This document shows positions 1 to 6,800 of a stretch of DNA of 7,298 nucleotides, piece by piece (position 1 is the first letter of the stretch; the number at the start of each line of letters is the position of its first letter). A model generated the notes under the pieces. The model saw nothing but the letters and a program-made list of their open reading frames with translations. It did not search any database and had not been told where the DNA came from. This DNA is from a virus (taxonomy: Duplodnaviria; Heunggongvirae; Uroviricota; Caudoviricetes). The stretch covers positions 1 through 7,298 of the IMG/VR virus record IMGVR_UViG_2695420372_000001. The stretch is one strand, 5' to 3'. The translations under genes were made by a program, and so were the position numbers.

Positions 1-300
1 GAAGAGGATTTTCCTGCGATCGCGGTTTATCTGACGGATGCAGAGTATACCGGTGAAGAGCTGGATGCAGATACCTGGCGGGCCACGCTGCATATTGAGG
101 TGTTTTTACCGGCACAGGTACCGGATTCAGAGCTTGATCAGTGGATGGAAAGCCGGATTTACCCGGCGATGACCGCGATCCCGGCACTGGCAGGACTGAT
201 TACCACGATGGTTACGCAGGGCTATGAGTATCGTCGTGATGACGATATGGCGTTATGGAGTTCTGCGGATCTGACTTATTCCATTACATACGAGATGTGA
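1..300 (+). CDS. U: Tail terminator protein (lambda gpU-like), 5' partial; start lies upstream of the window
   Basis: Frame 1 is open from base 1 to TGA at 298-300. Translation ([99 protein letters not shown]) matches the C-terminal part of lambda gpU as I recall it. Sits immediately upstream of V, as in lambda. Confidence 0.88.
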   Translation, partial: EEDFPAIAVYLTDAEYTGEELDADTWRATLHIEVFLPAQVPDSELDQWMESRIYPAMTAIPALAGLITTMVTQGYEYRRDDDMALWSSADLTYSITYEM

Positions 301-307
301 GGACGAT

Positions 308-1054
308 ATGTCAACACCAAATCCCCTTGAGCCGGTAAAAGGTGCCGGTACCACCCTGTGGGTTTATAACGGTCAGGGTGACGCCTATGCAAACCCGTTG
401 TCAGACGATGACTGGCAGCGACTGGCTAAGGTGAAGGATCTGACGCCGGGCGAGATGACGGCAGAACCCTACGATGATAACTACCTGGATGATGAAGACG
501 CGGACTGGAGCGCGACCGGGCAGGGGCAGAAGTCTGCAGGAGATACCAGTTTTACGCTGGCCTGGAAACCGGGAGAAGAAGGTCAGAAAGGGCTTATAGG
601 CTGGTTTGAAAGCGGCGATGTCCGGGCCTATAAAATCCGTTTTCCGAATGGCACGGTGGATGTGTTTCGTGGCTGGGTCAGCAGTATCGGTAAGGCCGTG
701 ACGGCGAAAGAAGTGATCACCCGCACGGTGAAAGTCACTAACGTGGGTAAACCTTCTGTAGCGGAAGAACGCAGCAAAATTACGCCGGTCACTGCGATTA
801 AGGTAACGCCGACAGGTACGGTTGAAAAAGGGAAAACAACCACCCTGACCGTTACTGTGGAACCGGAAAATGCAACGGATAAGACATTCAGGGCGATTTC
901 CGCCGATCCATCAAAAGCCACCATTAGCGTGAAAGATATGACGATTACTGTGACGGGGGTTAAGGATGGAAAAGTCAGCATCCCTGTGATTTCCGGTAAT
1001 GGTCAGTTTGCTGCGGTGGCTGAAATTACCGTTAATAATGTGCCGGGTGGCTAA
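308..1054 (+). CDS. V: Major tail tube protein (lambda gpV-like), 248 aa, with C-terminal Ig-like domain
   Basis: ORF 308..1054. N-terminus [49 protein letters not shown] closely resembles lambda gpV (246 aa). GAGGA at 299-303 precedes the ATG at 308. Position between U and G matches lambda. Confidence 0.95.
   Translation: MSTPNPLEPVKGAGTTLWVYNGQGDAYANPLSDDDWQRLAKVKDLTPGEMTAEPYDDNYLDDEDADWSATGQGQKSAGDTSFTLAWKPGEEGQKGLIGWFESGDVRAYKIRFPNGTVDVFRGWVSSIGKAVTAKEVITRTVKVTNVGKPSVAEERSKITPVTAIKVTPTGTVEKGKTTTLTVTVEPENATDKTFRAISADPSKATISVKDMTITVTGVKDGKVSIPVISGNGQFAAVAEITVNNVPGG
776..1039 (+). other. C-terminal Ig-like (Big_2-type) domain of the major tail protein (approx. residues 157-244)
   Basis: Thr/Val-rich beta-strand pattern ([86 protein letters not shown]) typical of bacterial Ig-like group 2 domains. 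Lambda gpV is known to carry such a domain. Boundaries are approximate. Confidence 0.7.
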
Positions 1055-1072
1055 AGAGCTGAGAGATAAGCG

Positions 1073-1504
1073 ATGTTCCTGAAAACAGAACAATTTGAAT
1101 ATAACGGTGTATCCGTCACGCTTTCTGAGCTGTCTGCGCTGCAGCGTATTGAGCATCTTGCCCTCCTGAAACGGCGGGCAGAAGAGGCTGAAGCCAGCGG
1201 CAACCTGCAGGTGAGTGTGGAAGATCTTGTCAGAACCGGCGCGTTTCTGGTGGCGATGTCCCTGTGGCATAACCATCCACAGAAAACGCAGTCACCGTCA
1301 ATGAATGAGGCCGTGATGAAGATAGAGCAGGAAGTGCTCACCACCTGGCCTGCCGATGCCATTGCCCGGGCGGAAGACGTGGTGTTGTGCTTGTCCGGGA
1401 TGATCGAAGCTGTTCGTCCGGATACTGATATTACTGAAGTGGCGAAAAATAACACGCTGACTGATGATGATTTTTCTGCGGGAAAGTCTTCGACGGCGAG
1501 CTGA
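1073..1504 (+). CDS. G: Tail assembly chaperone (lambda gpG-like), 143 aa
   Basis: ORF 1073..1504. MFLKTEQFEYNGVSVTLSELSALQRIEHLALLKRRAEEAEA... and ...GAFLVAMSLWHNHPQKTQSPSMNEAVMKIEQEVLTTWP match lambda gpG as recalled. Located between V and H. Confidence 0.93.
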   Translation: MFLKTEQFEYNGVSVTLSELSALQRIEHLALLKRRAEEAEASGNLQVSVEDLVRTGAFLVAMSLWHNHPQKTQSPSMNEAVMKIEQEVLTTWPADAIARAEDVVLCLSGMIEAVRPDTDITEVAKNNTLTDDDFSAGKSSTAS

Positions 1505-1944
1505 ACTTTGCCCTCAGACTGGCGCGTGAGATGGGGAGACCCGACTGGCGCGCCATGCTTGCCGGGATGACATCCACCGAATATGCCGACTGGCACCGTT
1601 TTTACCGCACGCATTATTTTCAGGATACCCAGCTGGATATGCATTTTTCCGGGCTGACGTACGCTGTACTCAGCCTGTTTTTTTGCGATCCGGATATGCA
1701 TCCCTCTGATTTCAGTCTGCTTGTCCCCCGGCATGAGGAAGAGCAGGTGGAGAGGCCGGATGAGGACAAAATGCTGATGCAGAAAGCGGCAGGACTTGCC
1801 GGAGGCGTCCGGTTCGGTGGGGACGGAGGGCGCGATATTTTATCGTCTGCGGATGTGGCGGATGTCATGGTGGATGATGCCGCATTAATGATGGCTTCAG
1901 CGGGGATTCCGGGAGGTGTGAGATATGTCCCAGCCGGTTGGTGA
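1073..1944 (+). CDS. G-T: Tail assembly chaperone G-T fusion, made by programmed -1 ribosomal frameshift at 1480-1486 (joins 1073..1486 with -1 frame 1486..1944)
   Basis: Slippery heptamer G_GGA_AAG lies at 1480-1486 in the G frame. The -1 frame is open from there (VFDGELNFALRLAREMGRPDWRAMLAGMTSTEYADWHRFY...) to TGA at 1942-1944 and matches lambda gpT. The T frame has no convincing independent start or RBS. Confidence 0.85.
1480..1486 (+). other. -1 programmed ribosomal frameshift slippery heptamer GGGAAAG (G to G-T)
   Basis: Heptamer of form X_XXY_YYZ in the G frame, 6 codons before the G stop. Same sequence and relative position as the characterised lambda G/G-T recoding site. Confidence 0.85.
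1909..1913 (+). promoter_or_regulatory. Shine-Dalgarno (GGAGG) for the tape-measure gene
   Basis: GGAGG about 11 nt upstream of ATG 1925, lying inside the 3' end of the T reading frame. Confidence 0.6.
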
Positions 1945-4498
1945 TCTTGTTATTGACCTGAGTCTGGATGCTGTCCGTTTCGATGAGCAGATGAGCCGGG
2001 TAAGGCGTCATTTTTCAGGTCTGGATACCGACGCCAGAAAAACCGCCAGTGCTGTTGAACAGGGCCTGAGCCGCCAGGCGCTGGCTGCACAAAAAGCCGG
2101 GATTTCCGTCGGGCAGTATAAAGCGGCCATGCGAACCCTGCCCGCACAGTTTACGGATATCGCCACGCAGCTTGCCGGTGGTCAGAATCCCTGGCTGATC
2201 CTGCTGCAACAGGGCGGTCAGGTGAAGGACTCCTTCGGCGGGATGATCCCCATGTTCAGGGGGCTTGCCGGTGCGATCACCCTGCCGATGGTCGGGGTCA
2301 CCTCGCTGGCGGTGGCGACAGGTGCGCTGGTGTACGCCTGGTACCAGGGAGATTCCACGCTTTCAGCGTTTAATAAAACCCTGGTTCTTTCCGGTAATCA
2401 GTCCGGACTGACTGCCGATCGTATGCTGACTCTCTCAAGAGCCGGGCAGGCAGCAGGGCTGACGTTTAACCAGGCGAGAGAGTCACTGGCAGCCCTGGTG
2501 AATGCTGGTGTGCGTGGTGGTGAACAGTTTGATGCCATCAACCAGAGTGTCGCGCGTTTTGCGTCTGCATCCGGTGTGGAGGTGGATAAAGTCGCTGAAG
2601 CCTTCGGGAAGCTGACCACTGACCCGACGTCGGGACTGATGGCGATGGCGCGCCAGTTCCGTAACGTGACGGCAGAGCAGATTGCGTATGTTGCACAGCT
2701 GCAGCGTTCCGGAGACGAGGCCGGGGCATTGCAGGCGGCGAACGATATCGCCACGAAAGGCTTTGATGAGCAGACCCGTCGCCTGAAAGAAAACATGGGA
2801 ACACTGGAGACCTGGGCGGATAAAACAGGGAAGGCATTCAAATCGATGTGGGATGCCATTCTGGATATCGGTCGTCCTGAATCCTCAGCGGATATGCTCG
2901 CCAGTGCGCAGAAGGCATTTGATGAGGCGGATAAAAAATGGCAGTGGTACCAGAGCCGGAGCCAGCGCCGGGGAAAGACCTCCTCTTTTCGTGCGAACCT
3001 TCAGGGGGCATGGGATGACAGGGAAAATGCCCGTCTGGGTCTGGCAGCGGCCACGCTGCAGTCGGATATGGAAAAAGCCGGTGAACTGGCGGCAAGGGAC
3101 CGGGCTGAGCGTGAGGCGTCACAGCTGAAGTATACCGGAGAGGCGCAGAAGGCGTATGAGCGCCTGCAGACGCCGCTGGATAAATATACCGCCCGTCAGA
3201 AAGAGCTGAATAAGGCCCTGAAAGACGGAAAAATCCTGCAGGCGGATTACAACACGCTGATGGCGTCGGCAAAAAAGGATTATGAATCGACGCTGAAAAA
3301 GCCGTCCGGTGTGAAGGTGTCTGCCGGTGAGCGCCAGGAAGACCGGGCGCATGCAGCCATGCTGGCGCTTGAAACCGAGCTCAGGACGCTGGAAAAACAC
3401 AGCGGTGTGAATGAGAAAATCAGCCAGCAGCGCCGGGATTTATGGGAAGCGGAAAATCAGTATGTGGTCCTGAAAGAGGCCGCCACGAAACGGCAGTTAT
3501 CTGAGCAGGAAAAATCCCTGCTGGCTCATGAGAAAGAGACGCTGGAGTACAAACGCCAGCTGGCTGAGCTGGGAGACAAGATTGAACACCAGAAGCGGCT
3601 GAATGAGCTGGCACAGCAGGCGGCGCGGTTTGAACAGCAGCAGAGCGCGAAGCAGGCGGCAATCAGCGCAAAAGCCCGCGGCCTCACTGACCGTCAGGCG
3701 CAGCGGGAGTCGGAAGAGCAGCGCCTTCGTGAGGTGTACGGTGATAATCCGGCTGCGCTGGCGAAGGCCACATCTGCACTGAAGAACACCTGGTCTGCGG
3801 AGGAGCAGCTTCGTGGAAGCTGGATGGCCGGGATGAAGTCCGGCTGGGGCGAGTGGGCGGAAAGTGCGACGGACAGTTTTTCGCAGGTTAAAAACGCGGC
3901 CACGCAGACCTTTGACGGTATTGCACAGAATATGGCAGCGATGCTGACCGGCAGCGAACAGAACTGGCGGGGATTCACCCGTTCGGTGCTCTCCATGCTG
4001 ACAGAAATTCTGCTTAAGCAGGCAATGGTGGGGATTGTCGGGAGTATCGGCAGCGCCATTGGCGGGGCTGTTGGTGGCGGCGCATCCGCGTCAGGCGGTA
4101 CAGCCATTCAGGCCGCTACGGCGAAATTCCATTTTGCAACCGGAGGATTTACGGGAACCGGCGGCAAATATGAGCCAGCGGGAATTGTTCACCGCGGTGA
4201 ATTCGTCTTCACGAAGGAGGCAACCAGCCGGATTGGCGTGGGGAATCTCTACCGGCTGATGCGCGGCTATGCCACCGGCGGTTATGTCGGTACACCGGGC
4301 AGCATGGCGGACAGCCGGTCGCAGGCGTCCGGGACGTTTGAGCAGAATAACCATGTGGTGATTAACAACGACGGCACGAACGGTCAGATAGGGCCACAGG
4401 CACTGAAGGCTGTTTATGACGTAGCCCGTAAGGCGGCAATGGATGTTGTGACCGGGCAGATGCGCGATGGTGGTCTGTTCTCCGGAGGTGGACGATGA
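1925..4498 (+). CDS. H: Tail tape measure protein (lambda gpH-like), 857 aa
   Basis: ORF 1925..4498. N-terminus MSQPVGDLVIDLSLDAVRFDEQMSRVRRHFSG, the internal ...GGQNPWLILLQQGGQVKDSFGGMIPMFRGLAGAITLPMVG... and the C-terminus ...MRDGGLFSGGGR match lambda gpH (853 aa) as recalled. Start overlaps the T stop by 20 nt; stop overlaps the M start (ATGA). Confidence 0.95.
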   Translation: MSQPVGDLVIDLSLDAVRFDEQMSRVRRHFSGLDTDARKTASAVEQGLSRQALAAQKAGISVGQYKAAMRTLPAQFTDIATQLAGGQNPWLILLQQGGQVKDSFGGMIPMFRGLAGAITLPMVGVTSLAVATGALVYAWYQGDSTLSAFNKTLVLSGNQSGLTADRMLTLSRAGQAAGLTFNQARESLAALVNAGVRGGEQFDAINQSVARFASASGVEVDKVAEAFGKLTTDPTSGLMAMARQFRNVTAEQIAYVAQLQRSGDEAGALQAANDIATKGFDEQTRRLKENMGTLETWADKTGKAFKSMWDAILDIGRPESSADMLASAQKAFDEADKKWQWYQSRSQRRGKTSSFRANLQGAWDDRENARLGLAAATLQSDMEKAGELAARDRAEREASQLKYTGEAQKAYERLQTPLDKYTARQKELNKALKDGKILQADYNTLMASAKKDYESTLKKPSGVKVSAGERQEDRAHAAMLALETELRTLEKHSGVNEKISQQRRDLWEAENQYVVLKEAATKRQLSEQEKSLLAHEKETLEYKRQLAELGDKIEHQKRLNELAQQAARFEQQQSAKQAAISAKARGLTDRQAQRESEEQRLREVYGDNPAALAKATSALKNTWSAEEQLRGSWMAGMKSGWGEWAESATDSFSQVKNAATQTFDGIAQNMAAMLTGSEQNWRGFTRSVLSMLTEILLKQAMVGIVGSIGSAIGGAVGGGASASGGTAIQAATAKFHFATGGFTGTGGKYEPAGIVHRGEFVFTKEATSRIGVGNLYRLMRGYATGGYVGTPGSMADSRSQASGTFEQNNHVVINNDGTNGQIGPQALKAVYDVARKAAMDVVTGQMRDGGLFSGGGR

Positions 4499-4671
4499 AA
4501 ACCTTCCGCTGGAAAGTGAAACCCGGTATGGATGTGGCTTCGGCCCCTTCTGTAAGAAAGGTGCGCTTTGGTGATGGTTATTTCCAGCGAGCGCCTGCCG
4601 GGCTGAATGCCAACCTGAAAACGTACAGCGTGACGCTTTCTGTCCCCCGTGAGGAGGCCACGGTACTGGAG
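3410..4671 (+). repeat. Direct repeat copy A (gpH 3' portion + first 59 codons of gpM); homologous to 4683-5944
   Basis: Aligns to 4683-5944 at constant offset +1273 with no indels. 3999-4671 appears identical to 5272-5944; 3410-3998 is diverged (many substitutions, mostly at synonymous or conservative positions). Confidence 0.9.
4495..4671 (+). CDS. M: Minor tail protein (lambda gpM-like) 5' fragment, 59 codons, truncated by the N gap
   Basis: ATG at 4495 overlaps the H stop (ATGA). MKTFRWKVKPGMDVASAPSVRKVRFGDGYFQRAPAGLNANLKTYSVTLSVPREEATVLE is identical to the first 59 residues of the complete M at 5768. The reading frame runs into the N run at 4672. Confidence 0.75.
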
Positions 4672-4682
4672 NNNNNNNNNNN
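4672..4682. other. Run of 11 N (assembly or scaffold gap, or masked bases)
   Basis: Literal n characters in the sequence. They sit exactly at the junction between the two repeat copies. Confidence 0.99.
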
Positions 4683-5771
4683 AATGAGAAAATCAGCCAG
4701 CAGCGCCGGGATTTGTGGAAGGCGGAGAGTCAGTTCGCGGTACTGGAGGAGGCGGCGCAACGTCGCCAGCTGTCTGCACAGGAGAAATCCCTGCTGGCGC
4801 ATAAAGATGAGACGCTGGAGTACAAACGCCAGCTGGCTGCACTTGGCGACAAGGTTACGTATCAGGAGCGCCTGAACGCGCTGGCGCAGCAGGCGGATAA
4901 ATTCGCACAGCAGCAACGGGCAAAACGGGCCGCCATTGATGCGAAAAGCCGGGGGCTGACTGACCGGCAGGCAGAACGGGAAGCCACGGAACAGCGCCTG
5001 AAGGAACAGTATGGCGATAATCCGCTGGCGCTGAATAACATCATGTCAGAGCAGAAAAAGACCTGGGCGGCTGAAGACCAGCTTCGCGGGAACTGGATGG
5101 CAGGCCTGAAGTCCGGCTGGAGTGAGTGGGAAGAGAGCGCCACGGACAGTATGTCGCAGGTAAAAAGTGCAGCCACGCAGACCTTTGATGGTATTGCACA
5201 GAATATGGCGGCGATGCTGACCGGCAGTGAGCAGAACTGGCGCAGCTTCACCCGTTCCGTGCTGTCCATGATGACAGAAATTCTGCTTAAGCAGGCAATG
5301 GTGGGGATTGTCGGGAGTATCGGCAGCGCCATTGGCGGGGCTGTTGGTGGCGGCGCATCCGCGTCAGGCGGTACAGCCATTCAGGCCGCTACGGCGAAAT
5401 TCCATTTTGCAACCGGAGGATTTACGGGAACCGGCGGCAAATATGAGCCAGCGGGAATTGTTCACCGCGGTGAATTCGTCTTCACGAAGGAGGCAACCAG
5501 CCGGATTGGCGTGGGGAATCTCTACCGGCTGATGCGCGGCTATGCCACCGGCGGTTATGTCGGTACACCGGGCAGCATGGCGGACAGCCGGTCGCAGGCG
5601 TCCGGGACGTTTGAGCAGAATAACCATGTGGTGATTAACAACGACGGCACGAACGGTCAGATAGGGCCACAGGCACTGAAGGCTGTTTATGACGTAGCCC
5701 GTAAGGCGGCAATGGATGTTGTGACCGGGCAGATGCGCGATGGTGGTCTGTTCTCCGGAGGTGGACGATGA
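4683..5771 (+). CDS. H: Tail tape measure protein (gpH) 3' fragment, second allele, 5' end cut by the gap; about 362 codons
   Basis: Open frame from 4683 (NEKISQQRRDLWKAESQFAVLEEAAQRRQLSAQEKSLLAHKDETLEYKRQLAALGDKVTYQERLNALAQQ...) to TGA at 5769-5771. Homologous to H residues ~496-857 of the first copy. The ORF track calls it from a TTG at 4713, but the frame is open back to the gap. Confidence 0.8.
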   Translation, partial: NEKISQQRRDLWKAESQFAVLEEAAQRRQLSAQEKSLLAHKDETLEYKRQLAALGDKVTYQERLNALAQQADKFAQQQRAKRAAIDAKSRGLTDRQAEREATEQRLKEQYGDNPLALNNIMSEQKKTWAAEDQLRGNWMAGLKSGWSEWEESATDSMSQVKSAATQTFDGIAQNMAAMLTGSEQNWRSFTRSVLSMMTEILLKQAMVGIVGSIGSAIGGAVGGGASASGGTAIQAATAKFHFATGGFTGTGGKYEPAGIVHRGEFVFTKEATSRIGVGNLYRLMRGYATGGYVGTPGSMADSRSQASGTFEQNNHVVINNDGTNGQIGPQALKAVYDVARKAAMDVVTGQMRDGGLFSGGGR

Positions 5772-5944
5772 AAACCTTCCGCTGGAAAGTGAAACCCGGT
5801 ATGGATGTGGCTTCGGCCCCTTCTGTAAGAAAGGTGCGCTTTGGTGATGGTTATTTCCAGCGAGCGCCTGCCGGGCTGAATGCCAACCTGAAAACGTACA
5901 GCGTGACGCTTTCTGTCCCCCGTGAGGAGGCCACGGTACTGGAG
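4683..5944 (+). repeat. Direct repeat copy B (gpH 3' portion + 5' part of gpM); homologous to 3410-4671
   Basis: See copy A. Begins immediately after the N run. Confidence 0.9.
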
Positions 5945-6097
5945 TCGTTTCTGGCTGAGCACGGGGGCTGGAAAGCCTTTCTGTGGACGCCGCCTTATGA
6001 GTGGCGGCAGATAAAGGTGACCTGCGCAAAATGGTCGTCGCGGGTCAGTATGCTGCGTGTTGAGTTCAGCGCAGAGTTTGAACAGGTGGTTAACTGA
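5768..6097 (+). CDS. M: Minor tail protein (lambda gpM-like), 109 aa
   Basis: ORF 5768..6097. MKTFRWKVKPGMDVAS...FLWTPPYEWRQIKVTCAKWSSRVSMLRVEFSAEFEQVVN matches lambda gpM as recalled. GGAGG lies 7-11 nt upstream; start overlaps the H-fragment stop (ATGA). Confidence 0.95.
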   Translation: MKTFRWKVKPGMDVASAPSVRKVRFGDGYFQRAPAGLNANLKTYSVTLSVPREEATVLESFLAEHGGWKAFLWTPPYEWRQIKVTCAKWSSRVSMLRVEFSAEFEQVVN

Positions 6098-6795
6098 TGC
6101 AGGATATCCGGCAGGAAACACTGAATGAATGCACCCGTGCGGAGCAGTCGGCCAGCGTGGTGCTCTGGGAAATCGACCTGACAGAGGTCGGTGGAGAACG
6201 TTATTTTTTCTGTAATCAGCAGAACGAAAAAGGTGAGCCGGTCACCTGGCAGGGGCGACAGTATCAGCCGTATCCCATTCAGGGGAGTGGTTTTGAACTG
6301 AATGGCAAAGGCACCAGTACGCGCCCCACGCTGGCAGTCTCTAACCTGTACGGCATGGTCACCGGGATGGCGGAAGATCTGCAGAGTCTGGTCGGCGGAA
6401 CGGTGGTCCGGCGTAAGGTTTATGCCCGTTTTCTGGATGCAGTGAACTTCGTCAACGGAAACAGCGACGCCGATCCGGAGCAGGAGGTGATCAGCCGCTG
6501 GCGCATCGAGCAGTGCAGCGAACTGAGCGCGGTGAGTGCCTCCTTTGTACTGTCCACGCCGACTGAAACGGATGGCGCTGTTTTTCCGGGTCGTATCATG
6601 CTGGCCAACACCTGCACCTGGACCTATCGCGGCGATGAGTGCGGTTATCACGGTCCGGCTGTCGCGGATGAATATGACCAGCCGACGTCCGATATCACGA
6701 AGGATAAATGCAGCAAATGCCTGAGTGGCTGTAAGTTCCGCAATAATGTCGGCAACTTTGGCGGCTTCCTTTCCATTAACAAACTTTCGCAGTAA
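6097..6795 (+). CDS. L: Minor tail (tip) protein (lambda gpL-like), 232 aa, with C-terminal cysteine cluster
   Basis: ORF 6097..6795. MQDIRQETLNECTRAEQSASVVLWEIDLTEVGGERYFFCN... matches lambda gpL (232 aa) as recalled. Start overlaps the M stop (ATGA at 6094-6099). C-terminal Cys at residues 173, 182, 205, 208 and 212. Confidence 0.95.
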   Translation: MQDIRQETLNECTRAEQSASVVLWEIDLTEVGGERYFFCNQQNEKGEPVTWQGRQYQPYPIQGSGFELNGKGTSTRPTLAVSNLYGMVTGMAEDLQSLVGGTVVRRKVYARFLDAVNFVNGNSDADPEQEVISRWRIEQCSELSAVSASFVLSTPTETDGAVFPGRIMLANTCTWTYRGDECGYHGPAVADEYDQPTSDITKDKCSKCLSGCKFRNNVGNFGGFLSINKLSQ

Positions 6796-6800
6796 ATCCC

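Noticed and set aside
1051-1734. 227-aa reverse-strand ORF antisense to G and T
   Set aside because: Lies entirely antisense to well-supported, lambda-matching tail chaperone genes. The translation is low-complexity and Ser/Arg/Ala-rich, typical of antisense frames in GC-rich coding DNA, and I recognise no homology.
1531-1944. Stand-alone gene T starting at ATG 1531
   Set aside because: The frame is open upstream back to the slippery site at 1480-1486, and there is no convincing independent RBS. T is better explained as the frameshifted extension of G.
4035-4259. Forward ORF of 74 aa, duplicated at 5308..5532, in an alternative frame inside H
   Set aside because: Out of frame within the conserved H C-terminal region. 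It is duplicated only because it lies in the identical part of the repeat. No RBS and no recognisable product.
2398-4354. Several reverse-strand ORFs (80-153 aa) inside the tape measure gene, including Pro/Ala-rich ones at 3694..4107 and its repeat-copy twin at 4862..5380
   Set aside because: These are complements of the Gly/Ala-rich and charged tape-measure coding sequence. Their duplication simply mirrors the direct repeat. No evidence of independent function.
4495-4875. 126-aa ORF in the track that reads from the M start through the N run into the second H copy
   Set aside because: Artefact of translating across ambiguous bases. After the gap it continues in a frame different from the H frame. 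The real feature is a 59-codon M fragment ending at the gap.
5364-6651. Reverse-strand ORFs of 221 aa (5364..6029), 144 aa (5687..6121) and 218 aa (5995..6651), antisense to H, M and L
   Set aside because: Antisense to genes with strong positional and sequence support. No start context or recognisable protein features. Best explained as chance open frames.
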